A stretch of DNA of 48,312 nucleotides from Omnitrophica bacterium GWA2_41_15. Lineage in GTDB: Bacteria; Omnitrophota; Gorgyraeia; Gorgyraeales; Gorgyraeaceae. Shown in pieces: positions 8,737 to 17,730 of this stretch. The notes below the pieces were generated by a model. The model was not told the DNA's origin, ran no database searches, and worked only from the letters and a program-made list of their open reading frames with translations. The position numbers and the translations under genes were made by a program. The stretch spans positions 1 to 48,312 of the forward strand of contig CAKKRB010000023.1 of the NCBI GenBank assembly GCA_919902485.1, written 5' to 3'. Position 1 is the first letter of the stretch. Each line of letters starts with the position of its first letter.

Positions 8737-11036
8737 TTTGAATAACCGCAAGAGCGGCACACAACGCAGCCTTCTTCGTGCCTTAACGCAGCACCGCAGT
8801 CAGGGCATACGCCAACAACTGTGCCTAACTTGTCTTCTATCATTGTATGAGGCGAATGTTTTTCAAATGCCTCTTCCTGATGGTGCATCTTTCCGTTCCC
8901 AAGCCTTAATTCAAGCACCCTTGCAATGGCATCAGCGCAGGAGAAAATCCTTCCGCTTTTTTCCCATGAAGGAGACGGGCAACGTATGCCTCTTAACTGC
9001 TCCACTATTCTACTATTCTCAACGCCTGAACGTAGTGCAAGCGACACAAGCCTTCCGATTGCCTCAAGCTGGCTTGCAGCGCATCCGCCTGCCTTGCCCA
9101 TCTGGATAAATACTTCAAAAGGCATATTAGAATCATCCACATTAATAGTGATGTAAAGATTGCCGCATCCTGTTGCTACCTTTGTAGTGGTGCCCTTTGT
9201 AACAACAGGCCTTGGCCTTGGGGCAACGCTTTTATTTTCTTTAAGATCTGTAGGGGAGGGTTTTAAACCCTCCCCTACATCCTTCTTTGTATTATTTGAA
9301 TTTATGTTCAGCACCTGTTCCTCCCTTGATTTATCCCTGTAAATGGTTACGCCCTTGCAGCCTAACTTAAAGGCCAGCATATACACCTCGCGCACGTCAT
9401 CCTTTGTGGCCTCGTGAGGGAAATTCACTGTCTTTGAAACAGCATTATCAGTATATTTCTGAAACACCGCCTGCATCCTGATATGCCATAATGGCGCTAT
9501 ATCATGAGAAATGACAAATATCTTTCTGTACTTTTCAGGTACCTCTTCTATATCCTTTATGGAACCTTTTTCTGCAATTGATTCCATAAGCTTCCTTGAA
9601 CAAAAGCCTTCCCTCTTTGCGGTTTCCTCAAAAAGGGCATTGACCTCAATGAGCTTGTCATTATCCATCACATTTCTGTAATAAGACAATGCAAACAAAG
9701 GCTCAATCCCGCTTGAGGCGTCAGAAATGATTGATATGGTTCCCGTGGGAGCAATAGTCGTAAGCGTGGCGTTTCTTAATTTTTTCGCTCCGGTTTCAGC
9801 AAATACGCTCTCATTGAATGAAGGGAACGCCCCTCTTTTTTGCGCCAATTCCTGAGATTTAATCTTTGCTTCATCAGATATAAACTTCATTATTTTTTCG
9901 CCAAGCTGAACCGCCTCTTCGCTATTATAAGGTATCTCGAGTTTTATAAGCATATCTGCCCAGCCCATTACACCAAGGCCTATTTTTCTATTTGTCCTGG
10001 TCATCTTCTCTATCTCAGGCAGAGGGAATTTATTCACGTCAATAACATTGTCAAGAAAATGCACGCTCACATGTACAAGCTTTCTCAGCTTATCCCAATC
10101 TATTTCCTTTTTCTCGTCTCCATATACCACTCTGGAAAGATTTATAGAACCTAAGTTACACGATTCAAATGGAAGCAAAACTTGTTCACCGCAAGGATTG
10201 GTTGACTCATATTTTCCCAGTTTTGGTGTCGGGTTAAATTCGTTCATCTTATCAATAAATATCATTCCTGGTTCGCCATTTTTCCATGAGCATTCAACAA
10301 TCAAATCAAATACCTCTTTTGCCCTGAGCCTTTTAACCTCCTTATTTAAATGCGGATCTATTAGCGAATATTCCTCATCATCTATCACCTTTTTCATAAA
10401 ATCTTCTGTAACTGCAACAGATATGTTAAAATTTGTTATCTCCTTATCGCTCTCCTTACACCTGATAAATTCCAGTATATCAGGGTGTTCTACGCGTAAT
10501 ATCCCCATGTTCGCGCCCCTGCGCGTGCCTCCCTGTTTCACAGCCTGGGTTGCAGCGTTGAATACCTTCATAAAAGAAACAGGGCCGCTTGAAACGCCTC
10601 CTGTAGAGCGAACCACGCTATTTTTAGGCCTGAGCCTTGAAAAGCTAAACCCTGTCCCGCCTCCAGACCGATGAATTAAAGCAGTATTCTTCACTGCTTC
10701 AAAAATAGACTCCATTGAATCTTCTACTGGGATCACAAAGCAGGCCGATAACTGTCCGAGGTCCCTGCCTGCGTTCATAAGCGTGGGGCTATTGGGCATA
10801 AATTCGAAATTTCCCATGATTTTATAAAATCTGTTTTCTGTATCCATCACCTCTGAATCACCTGCGCCATATAATCTGTCAGCCTCTGCTATGTAATGTG
10901 CCACCCTTCTGAACATGCCTTCAGGAGTCTCCATGACTTTCCCATCCTTATCTTTCATGAGATATCTTTTTTCAAGAACCTTAAGGCAATTTTCCGAGAT
11001 GTTTAATTTCTTTTCAGTCTTTGCTTTCAATTCCAT
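8730..11036 (-). CDS. nrdJ: adenosylcobalamin-dependent (class II) ribonucleotide reductase
   Basis: 768 aa with TNPCGEQ active-site loop, ..[26 protein letters not shown].., and a C-terminal zinc ribbon [25 protein letters not shown]. Confidence 0.9.
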   Translation of the reverse strand: MELKAKTEKKLNISENCLKVLEKRYLMKDKDGKVMETPEGMFRRVAHYIAEADRLYGAGDSEVMDTENRFYKIMGNFEFMPNSPTLMNAGRDLGQLSACFVIPVEDSMESIFEAVKNTALIHRSGGGTGFSFSRLRPKNSVVRSTGGVSSGPVSFMKVFNAATQAVKQGGTRRGANMGILRVEHPDILEFIRCKESDKEITNFNISVAVTEDFMKKVIDDEEYSLIDPHLNKEVKRLRAKEVFDLIVECSWKNGEPGMIFIDKMNEFNPTPKLGKYESTNPCGEQVLLPFESCNLGSINLSRVVYGDEKKEIDWDKLRKLVHVSVHFLDNVIDVNKFPLPEIEKMTRTNRKIGLGVMGWADMLIKLEIPYNSEEAVQLGEKIMKFISDEAKIKSQELAQKRGAFPSFNESVFAETGAKKLRNATLTTIAPTGTISIISDASSGIEPLFALSYYRNVMDNDKLIEVNALFEETAKREGFCSRKLMESIAEKGSIKDIEEVPEKYRKIFVISHDIAPLWHIRMQAVFQKYTDNAVSKTVNFPHEATKDDVREVYMLAFKLGCKGVTIYRDKSREEQVLNINSNNTKKDVGEGLKPSPTDLKENKSVAPRPRPVVTKGTTTKVATGCGNLYITINVDDSNMPFEVFIQMGKAGGCAASQLEAIGRLVSLALRSGVENSRIVEQLRGIRCPSPSWEKSGRIFSCADAIARVLELRLGNGKMHHQEEAFEKHSPHTMIEDKLGTVVGVCPDCGAALRHEEGCVVCRSCGYSKC
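9250..9278. repeat. GTAGGG-type 29-nt perfect palindrome inside nrdJ
   Basis: GTAGGGGAGGGTTT-T-AAACCCTCCCCTAC. An identical copy lies at 25715..25743. It is translated as [10 protein letters not shown]. Confidence 0.95.
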
Positions 11037-11068
11037 CTATTCCTCCATTTTTGAAAAATTACAAAATA

Positions 11069-11096
11069 AGTATACCACTACAAAAAAAGATGTCAA
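11069..11096 (-). promoter_or_regulatory. sigma70-type promoter candidate for nrdJ-dcd
   Basis: Minus strand: TTGACA (11096..11091), 16-nt spacer, TATACT (11074..11069). GGAGG SD precedes the ATG at 11036. Confidence 0.5.
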
Positions 11097-11105
11097 GTTA
11101 AAAAA

Positions 11106-11152
11106 ACACAATATATTGATATTTTTTTATCGCCTATAACTATATGTAGTGT
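11106..11152. promoter_or_regulatory. two candidate NrdR boxes upstream of nrdJ
   Basis: ACACAATATATTGATA (11106..11121) and TAACTATATGTAGTGT (11137..11152) each match ~13/16 positions of the NrdR-box palindrome acaCwAtATaTwGtgt. Their centres are 31 bp apart, the usual tandem spacing. Confidence 0.45.
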
Positions 11153-11911
11153 TTAGATGATATCGACGCTGGCTTTTGGAATCCAGCCTTTCAAATCACT
11201 TGAAAGGTCAATCTCATACCATTCCTGGGCTTCTTTTATTATCCTCACTTCAGTGCCTTCGTGCAGAGAAAATTGTAAAAGATAATCCTGTTTAGGGCCG
11301 CTCCTGACATCTATTTTTTCAGCCGTAATAATTCCAGTCTTTGTAAAATTTTCATCTCTGATCTTAGCTGATAAAAATATCAAAAAAATAAAGCATATAA
11401 CGCCCAGTGAACCAGCAGTATAAACAAAGTTTTTCCGTTTTGCAACAAAAAATATTGAAAATATTAAAATAAAAATTACAGCGAGATAAAAAAATGAACA
11501 CACAGCGGTAAGCTCGTTTACAGCCACCTTGTCATACAGAAAAAGCACTGCTGCCAGGACAAAACCTTTTTCAGGCGCATTTATCTTATCAACAGACATT
11601 GACCTGGCAAGCCTGAGATTCAGTTGAATATCCCTGTCCCGCGGATCCAGCCTCAGCGCCCTTTCATAATTTAAAACAGCCTTGCCTGTTTTCTTTAATT
11701 TAAAATAGCTGTTGCCCAGATTATAAAAAACCTCGGGGCTTATCCGGTTTATTTTCACAAGCTGCTCATAAAAAGAAACTGCTTTCTCATAATCCCCGTT
11801 TTCATAACTTGAGGCTCCTTTTTTATACAGTTCTTCCGGAATCTCAGCCGCTATAAGAACTCCTGCTGACATAAAAAATATAAGAAAAGAAAAAACTAAA
11901 ATCTTTTTCAT
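11153..11911 (-). CDS. batE: BatE-like TPR/SH3 membrane protein
   Basis: Signal peptide, TPR repeats (YEKAVSFYEQLV, YNLGNSYFKLKK, AVLNYERALRLDP), TM segments, and a C-terminal SH3-like end (..GWIPKASVDII). The ATG overlaps the batD stop. Confidence 0.75.
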   Translation of the reverse strand: MKKILVFSFLIFFMSAGVLIAAEIPEELYKKGASSYENGDYEKAVSFYEQLVKINRISPEVFYNLGNSYFKLKKTGKAVLNYERALRLDPRDRDIQLNLRLARSMSVDKINAPEKGFVLAAVLFLYDKVAVNELTAVCSFFYLAVIFILIFSIFFVAKRKNFVYTAGSLGVICFIFLIFLSAKIRDENFTKTGIITAEKIDVRSGPKQDYLLQFSLHEGTEVRIIKEAQEWYEIDLSSDLKGWIPKASVDII

Positions 11912-13698
11912 ATCCGCCTCTCAAGCAATGTTATTATCTCCTCCGTCTCTTTAAGCGTCTTATGCATGTCGTCCTTTGTAAAGCCGGCTGATGCAAACCT
12001 GGCCATATCGCATGCATCAAACAGCGCCCTTACTTTCTCTGTAACTTCCCTGCTAATTTCTATCTCCGCTAATTTATGCTCGAGCAGATCTTTAGTAATA
12101 GACGGGTGCGGGATGTTCAATTTATCAGCTATATACTCTATAACTGCCTTGTAGATCTCAGTATAGAATTCTTTTGTCATATTTTTATCCATAATCTTTT
12201 TCGCGGCTTTAAGCCTTTTTGCAGCAGAACTTTTTGCGCGCATAGATCTTGCGTATCCAACATCTGTCCTGAACTTCGCCCTGCGTAATTCATACAGATA
12301 CAAAAATACCAGGATAAAAAGCGGCAAAATATTTATGAGTAAAAATATTCTGTTTCTGTATAAGAAATTATTTCTTGGACCGAAACCAGATGAAAACATC
12401 TTTATATAGGCTATATCTCTTTTAAAAAGCTCTACATCTTCTTTTGCAACGCCAGGTACGGAAACTGTTTTTTCAGCAGGCTCTTCTTTTGATTTGGAAA
12501 CACTTATTATCACAGGATCCAGTTTCTTTTTAACATAATCCTTTAAAACAGGGTCAAAATAATCATATTCTATCTGCCCTATGGTAAGGATACCCTCTTT
12601 CTTCGGGATAATCACCTTTTCAAACACCTTTTCCCCCTGAACTATGTAATTATCTTTTGAGATGTTTTCAGAGCTACCTGATTCATAAAATTTAGCATCC
12701 TGGATATCTGGAATAACCGGAGAAGACACCGTCTTTATATTGCCTTTTCCTTTTATCTTTATCTTTAAGCTTACAGGCTGGTTTTCTTCAACTGTATTTT
12801 TATCAGCGCTTACAGATATATCGAAATTCCCTACACCGCCTTTGAATCCCAGGGGCTTATTCTGTTCAGGCAAAGGCATTATTTCCACCTTTATAGGGTC
12901 TGTTGCGAGTATTACAGACTTTCCTCTTTTGAACATGCTGAACGGGTCATCAAAAGGGTTGTTCGATAAAAACCTGTTCATGTCTTCGACAGCTGCCTCT
13001 AATCTTGCCTGGCCTATTGTAAATTCACCAGGGCCTGTGGCAAAAAGAGCTGTTTTAATTTCTGTCACAAGATACTTTGTGCCGTTTATAACCTTATAAT
13101 ACTTTTTCTGCGGAGGCATGTCTTCCAGCCAGAAACCTGTTGTGGAAGGCGGGTTGTACACCGGGTTATCAAACAAATTTACAGCCTGGTAAACAGCAAA
13201 TGTAAGGGTTATCTGCTCATTAACATACGCCCTGAGTTTATTCACATACGCTTCAATAAAAAGTTCTTTGCCATGCTGCGGCTGGGTATTTTGTTCTTCA
13301 GGCACAGAAGACTGTAACCCCCTCGGCAATACCTTTATATTAATGAGCTCGGTAGAATAGGCCTTACCTTTATAATTAATGCTGAATGGCCCCAGAGAAT
13401 ATTCGCCCTGGCTGTTAGGCACCAATATAAAGGTAAAAGATACTGAACTCGAAACCTGGCCGTTTATAATAGAGAGATTTTGAGACCTTCCTGAAGAATA
13501 CGCTGTAAACCCCTTTAGTTCAGGCATGTCAGGCTGCGGGATATTAGACACATTGCCTGATACTGTTATGGTAAGCGTTATCTGGTCATCCAAACTGGCT
13601 TCCTGCTTATCTACATCAGCGGAGATAGTTATATCATCTGCATAGGAAATCCCTGCAACGAATGAAAAAAATAATAAAAATGGGATAAAATATTTCAT
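11908..13698 (-). CDS. batD: BatD-like oxygen-tolerance protein
   Basis: 596 aa with a signal peptide, a large extracytoplasmic region, a TM segment (IFLLINILPLFILVFLYLY) and a helical tail. Size and operon position match BatD. Confidence 0.75.
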   Translation of the reverse strand: MKYFIPFLLFFSFVAGISYADDITISADVDKQEASLDDQITLTITVSGNVSNIPQPDMPELKGFTAYSSGRSQNLSIINGQVSSSVSFTFILVPNSQGEYSLGPFSINYKGKAYSTELINIKVLPRGLQSSVPEEQNTQPQHGKELFIEAYVNKLRAYVNEQITLTFAVYQAVNLFDNPVYNPPSTTGFWLEDMPPQKKYYKVINGTKYLVTEIKTALFATGPGEFTIGQARLEAAVEDMNRFLSNNPFDDPFSMFKRGKSVILATDPIKVEIMPLPEQNKPLGFKGGVGNFDISVSADKNTVEENQPVSLKIKIKGKGNIKTVSSPVIPDIQDAKFYESGSSENISKDNYIVQGEKVFEKVIIPKKEGILTIGQIEYDYFDPVLKDYVKKKLDPVIISVSKSKEEPAEKTVSVPGVAKEDVELFKRDIAYIKMFSSGFGPRNNFLYRNRIFLLINILPLFILVFLYLYELRRAKFRTDVGYARSMRAKSSAAKRLKAAKKIMDKNMTKEFYTEIYKAVIEYIADKLNIPHPSITKDLLEHKLAEIEISREVTEKVRALFDACDMARFASAGFTKDDMHKTLKETEEIITLLERRI

Positions 13699-13710
13699 AA
13701 CCTCACCTGC

Positions 13711-13747
13711 TATTTCACAAAACGAGTATGACTCGTTTTGTGAAATA
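13711..13747. repeat. TTCACAAAACGAGT-type palindrome, copy A (intercistronic batC/batD)
   Basis: TATTTCACAAAACGAGT-atg-ACTCGTTTTGTGAAATA has perfect 17-bp arms. It lies 3 nt after the batC stop and 12 nt before the batD ATG, and the spacer contains the GGTGAGG SD. Confidence 0.95.
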
Positions 13748-13750
13748 ACG

Positions 13751-14350
13751 CTACCAATCCTTTTCTACTTTATATCCGCCTTCCACAGGCTTTGTTCTTA
13801 ATTCTTTCTGCAAATCATTTTCATCATCTTTAAGCGCGTCCAAAAGCCTTACAGCATCCTCTTTAGACATTTCATCTTTCTTTTCTTTCTGTTCCTGAGT
13901 TTGATTTTTCTCTTCTTCTTTGGGTTTTTCTTTCAGTTTCTTTTTTATAAATTCAATATTATATTTTGCATCCTCGTCATTTGGATTTATATCCAGGCAT
14001 TTTTTATAGTCTTCTATCGCCTCTGGTAATTTACCCATTCTGTAGTGCGTATTGCCTATATTATAATACGCCTTCGACCTAAGTTCACTATCTTTTGAAT
14101 CTAAGGACTTTTCGTATTCCTTGAATGCGTCTTCATATTTCTTCTGTTCATGAAGGCCGTTACCTATATTATAGTAAAGCTTGTCGCTGTCAGGATTTTC
14201 AATCTGCGCATCGCGCCATTTGGATAAGGCCTCGTCAATCTTACCTTCTTTATACAGTTTGTTCCCTTCTTTATTCTTTGAAGCAAGCGAATCTCCCCAC
14301 GACCAACCCAATATAGAAACGTAGAACACTACTATCAATAGCAATCTCAT
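13751..14350 (-). CDS. batC: BatC-like TPR protein
   Basis: Signal/TM segment, TPR repeats (YYNIGNGLHEQKKYEDAFKEYEKSL; YYNIGNTHYRMGKLPEAIEDYKKCLDINP) and a Lys/Glu-rich tail. Confidence 0.75.
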   Translation of the reverse strand: MRLLLIVVFYVSILGWSWGDSLASKNKEGNKLYKEGKIDEALSKWRDAQIENPDSDKLYYNIGNGLHEQKKYEDAFKEYEKSLDSKDSELRSKAYYNIGNTHYRMGKLPEAIEDYKKCLDINPNDEDAKYNIEFIKKKLKEKPKEEEKNQTQEQKEKKDEMSKEDAVRLLDALKDDENDLQKELRTKPVEGGYKVEKDW

Positions 14351-15348
14351 TTCTTTTTTCTATCTCCTATTATGAATTCTATGCATAATAATATAAAAGC
14401 AATACCAAGAAAATATTGAAACCTATCCTCATACTGAGTATATAATCTGCTTGAAAGTTCTTTTTTCTCCATCCCGCTGATCTCATCATAAATTTTATCC
14501 AGCTCAAATTCGGACAGGGTGGCATTGTAATATTTTCCATCTGTAATAAGGGCTATTTTCTGGAGCATGTCTTCGTCAAGCCTGGTCATCACCACTCCGT
14601 CTTTGGTGTCCTTTTTATACCCACTGACCTTGCCTGTTTCATCCGTCAGAGGAATAGGTTCTCCTTTTTTTGTGCCCATGCCTATTGTATAAATTATAAT
14701 CCCTTCTTTTTTAGCCTCGTTTGCGGCATCTATAGGGTTAGTATCGTGATCTTCTCCGTCTGTAAAAAGCACCAGGACCTTGTGTTTTCTTTCTTTCCTG
14801 CTGAATCCTTTTATGGCTGTTCTTATTGCACCACCTATGGCTGTGCCAGGCTTAGGCATCATGCCTGGTTCTATTATGCTTAAAAACATCTTTGCTGCGT
14901 TATAGTCTAATGTCAGCGGGCACTGCATGAAACTATCCCCTGCAAATGTTAGTACCCCAACTCTGTCGCCTTTCAGTTTATCTATAAGAGAAGAAATCTC
15001 CAGTTTTGCTTTTTCAATGCGATTTGGCTTTATGTCCTGGGCAAGCATGCTTGAAGATGTATCTATAGCTATCATTATATCCACTCCGTAACGTTTAGTC
15101 ATGGTAAGCCTGGCGCCTATCTGAGGCATGGTTAAAGCCAGAATCAAAAAAATACACGCAATAACTATTATAATCTTTCTTGCCTTTTCTTTTGCTATAC
15201 TCTTGGAACCGGAAAGCCTTTCTATAAGAGCGGCATCGCCAAACTTTTCTATCTTTTTCCTCTTGCTTATCCTGACAAAAATGAAAAATACAGCCATTAT
15301 TGGGACTAATAAAAGAAAATTTAAATATACAGGCGCTCCCCAATGCAT
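14347..15348 (-). CDS. batB: BatB-like VWA-domain membrane protein
   Basis: Two N-terminal TM helices, a VWA domain with MIDAS motif AIDTSSSM, and a C-terminal TM. Confidence 0.8.
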   Translation of the reverse strand: MHWGAPVYLNFLLLVPIMAVFFIFVRISKRKKIEKFGDAALIERLSGSKSIAKEKARKIIIVIACIFLILALTMPQIGARLTMTKRYGVDIMIAIDTSSSMLAQDIKPNRIEKAKLEISSLIDKLKGDRVGVLTFAGDSFMQCPLTLDYNAAKMFLSIIEPGMMPKPGTAIGGAIRTAIKGFSRKERKHKVLVLFTDGEDHDTNPIDAANEAKKEGIIIYTIGMGTKKGEPIPLTDETGKVSGYKKDTKDGVVMTRLDEDMLQKIALITDGKYYNATLSEFELDKIYDEISGMEKKELSSRLYTQYEDRFQYFLGIAFILLCIEFIIGDRKKK

Positions 15349-15358
15349 ATCAAAACCC

Positions 15359-16348
15359 CTAAGGTATTTTTCTCAACAAAGTATTTGCTAATACTATTTC
15401 CAGTAAAAACAATATAAATCCCGGCAATATAAAAAATACTGCCAGTTCAGTATAGTTTGCGTATTCCTTTGTTTCTATTTTTGTTTTTTCCAGCTTGCCT
15501 ATTGTTTTATAAATCTCCTCCAGGCCATGTTTGTCTTTTGCCCTGAAATAAATCCCGCCTGTTTCATCTGCAATCTTTTTAAGAAGCTCTTCGTCTATTT
15601 CTGTATCCATATGCACGTATCTTTTTCCAAAAATAGGGTCTTCCACTGGATACATAGCACCTCCTGGCTTTCCTGCTCCTACTGTGTATATCTTTATGCC
15701 AAGCGCTTTGGCTGCATTAGCGGCAGTTAAAGGATCGATCTTGCCGGCATTATTAACGCCGTCTGTCAAAAGTATTATTATCTTACTCTTAACATTAGAA
15801 TCCCTGAGCCTGTTTACAGCATTTGTAATTGCTGTCCCTATGGCAGTTCCGTCTTCTATCATCCCTATATCTATTTTGTCTAACAGTTCAAGCAATGTGC
15901 CGTAATCAAGCGTAAGAGGGCATTGTGTAAAACTAAACCTGGAAAATACTACAAGGCCTATTCTGTCATTGCGCCTTGATTTTATAAATTCCCTTAAAAC
16001 ATCTTTAGCAGCGGCAAGTCTATTCTGCGGAGCAAAATCTTCTGCCTTCATGCTGCCTGATGTATCCAGAGTAAGCATTATGTCTATGCCTTCTGTGATG
16101 ATTTCCTCTTCCTTCTGGCCTGCCTGAGGCCTTGCCAGCGCCAGGATAAAAATAAAAATAGCTGCCATCCTTAATATCATCGGCGCATGCCTGTATTTCA
16201 CGCGAATCCCTGGCCGTATGTTTTTCAGAATAGCAATATCTGAGAAAATAATGCTCGCTTCGCGTAATTTAGCGCGCCTGAAATAATCCCGGACTAATAA
16301 CGGGATAATGCTGAGTAATATTAAAAATAATGGGCTTGCAAATCTCAT
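15359..16348 (-). CDS. batA: BatA-like VWA-domain membrane protein
   Basis: N-terminal TM helices, a VWA domain with MIDAS motif TLDTSGSM, and a C-terminal TM. Confidence 0.8.
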   Translation of the reverse strand: MRFASPLFLILLSIIPLLVRDYFRRAKLREASIIFSDIAILKNIRPGIRVKYRHAPMILRMAAIFIFILALARPQAGQKEEEIITEGIDIMLTLDTSGSMKAEDFAPQNRLAAAKDVLREFIKSRRNDRIGLVVFSRFSFTQCPLTLDYGTLLELLDKIDIGMIEDGTAIGTAITNAVNRLRDSNVKSKIIILLTDGVNNAGKIDPLTAANAAKALGIKIYTVGAGKPGGAMYPVEDPIFGKRYVHMDTEIDEELLKKIADETGGIYFRAKDKHGLEEIYKTIGKLEKTKIETKEYANYTELAVFFILPGFILFLLEIVLANTLLRKIP

Positions 16349-16845
16349 GTTATAATTTTAGGCGTAGTTATATCTATTATCTCTTCTGCTTTTTTATAAA
16401 TATCTTCGACCTCTTTCTGATCCGGCGTATATTTTGCAAACTTTACCATATCGCAGTCTTCAAGAAAATAATTTATCTTATCTACATGCTGACGTTCTAT
16501 TCTTTTTGACTTCATTTCCTGAAAAAGTTCCCATGTAGTCCTGTCCATAGCAAAAATCCTGTACCTATTTTCTATATAGGTACGGATTATATCGGAAAGG
16601 CCTATATAAAAATCTTTGATCAGGCCTTTTTCTATAAGCTTTTTTTCTTTAAGGGCTTTCAGGGCTTCTCTTGCGATTTCCTCTGCAGGCATTGGAGGTG
16701 CGTAAGTTTTTTCTTCTGCCTTTTTCTTTTTAAAATAGATAAATGCCGCTATGGCAAGCGCTGTTAAAATTAATGCAGTAAACGGCAATATAGAAAATCT
16801 TTCATTTATATCAACGATATCTTTTAACGGCCTTATATCATTCAT
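16345..16845 (-). CDS. DUF4381-like single-pass membrane protein of the Bat operon
   Basis: One TM helix (FTALILTALAIAAFIYF), then a helical domain ending ..CDMVKFAKYTP.. Its position between DUF58 and batA is typical. Confidence 0.6.
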   Translation of the reverse strand: MNDIRPLKDIVDINERFSILPFTALILTALAIAAFIYFKKKKAEEKTYAPPMPAEEIAREALKALKEKKLIEKGLIKDFYIGLSDIIRTYIENRYRIFAMDRTTWELFQEMKSKRIERQHVDKINYFLEDCDMVKFAKYTPDQKEVEDIYKKAEEIIDITTPKIIT

Positions 16846-16851
16846 ATGCCT

Positions 16852-17730
16852 TCATCTGAATCTTCTGGCGCGGGCTTTGAAAAAAAGTATCAACGGCTCT
16901 ATATAAGATCTATCAGTTGAGATATCTACTGAATCAATGCCCATGGATCTGAAGACCCTGTTTCTGCCTTCTGTGAAAGATGCTCTTCCTTTTGCAAGTT
17001 CTTTTCTTAAAAGATTGTCTCCTGTGTCCAGAAATAAAATCTCGCCTGTTTCTGCGTCTTCTAATTCCACAAGGCCTATATCTATTAGGTCTTTTTCCCT
17101 TGGGTCAGATATGGAGATGCCTATAATATCATGGCGCCTATTCAGAATCCCGAGGCGCCTTTCATAATTAGAATCCATAAAATCAGAGATAAGAAAAATA
17201 ACGGAGCGCTTTTTTAAAACCTTTCCCAAGTATTCCAAAGCTAAATTTATTGATGTGTTTCTGGATTCCGGCTTATAATACAAAAGCTCTCTTATGACTC
17301 TTAATACATGCGGCCTGCCTTTTTTAGGTGGGATAAATTTTTCAACCTTATCTGTAAATAATAATAAACCGATTTTATCATTATTTTTTATTGCGCTGAA
17401 AGAAAGCACTGCGCCTATCTCTGCCATTAATTCTATCTTCATCTTGTTTCTGGTGCCAAAACTGCCAGAGCCGCTCATATCTGCCATAATTATTACCGTA
17501 AGCTCTCTTTCTTCTATGAATTTTTTGACATACGGGTGGCCTGCTCTGGCAGTTACGTTCCAATCAATGGAACGTATATCATCTCCAGGCACATATTCCC
17601 GGACTTCATGAAACTCCATGCCTCTGCCTTTAAATACAGACTCGTATTCTCCGGCAAAGACATCGTTCACAAGCCTTCCGGTCCTTATCTCGATCTGCCT
17701 GACTTTTTTAAGGATTTCTTTGGGGATCAC
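16852..17730 (-). CDS. DUF58 protein (MoxR partner, VWA-like)
   Basis: ..GDDIRSIDWNVTARAGHPYVKKF.. is the DUF58 signature. The ORF overlaps the moxR stop by 4 nt. Confidence 0.8.
   Translation of the reverse strand: MIPKEILKKVRQIEIRTGRLVNDVFAGEYESVFKGRGMEFHEVREYVPGDDIRSIDWNVTARAGHPYVKKFIEERELTVIIMADMSGSGSFGTRNKMKIELMAEIGAVLSFSAIKNNDKIGLLLFTDKVEKFIPPKKGRPHVLRVIRELLYYKPESRNTSINLALEYLGKVLKKRSVIFLISDFMDSNYERRLGILNRRHDIIGISISDPREKDLIDIGLVELEDAETGEILFLDTGDNLLRKELAKGRASFTEGRNRVFRSMGIDSVDISTDRSYIEPLILFFKARARRFR

Noticed and set aside
10048-10674. Long plus-strand ORFs antisense to real genes: 208 aa here, and also 634..1095, 8681..9109, 26538..27005, 31947..32348 and 37314..37775.
   Set aside because: Their translations are low-complexity and Ser/Leu/Phe-rich with no motifs. 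Each is fully nested antisense to an ORF with strong family signatures. This is the usual artefact of stop-poor antisense frames.
11037-11068. A cobalamin riboswitch upstream of the B12-dependent nrdJ.
   Set aside because: The predicted leader is only ~30 nt, far too short for a cobalamin riboswitch. No B12-box-like sequence is visible.
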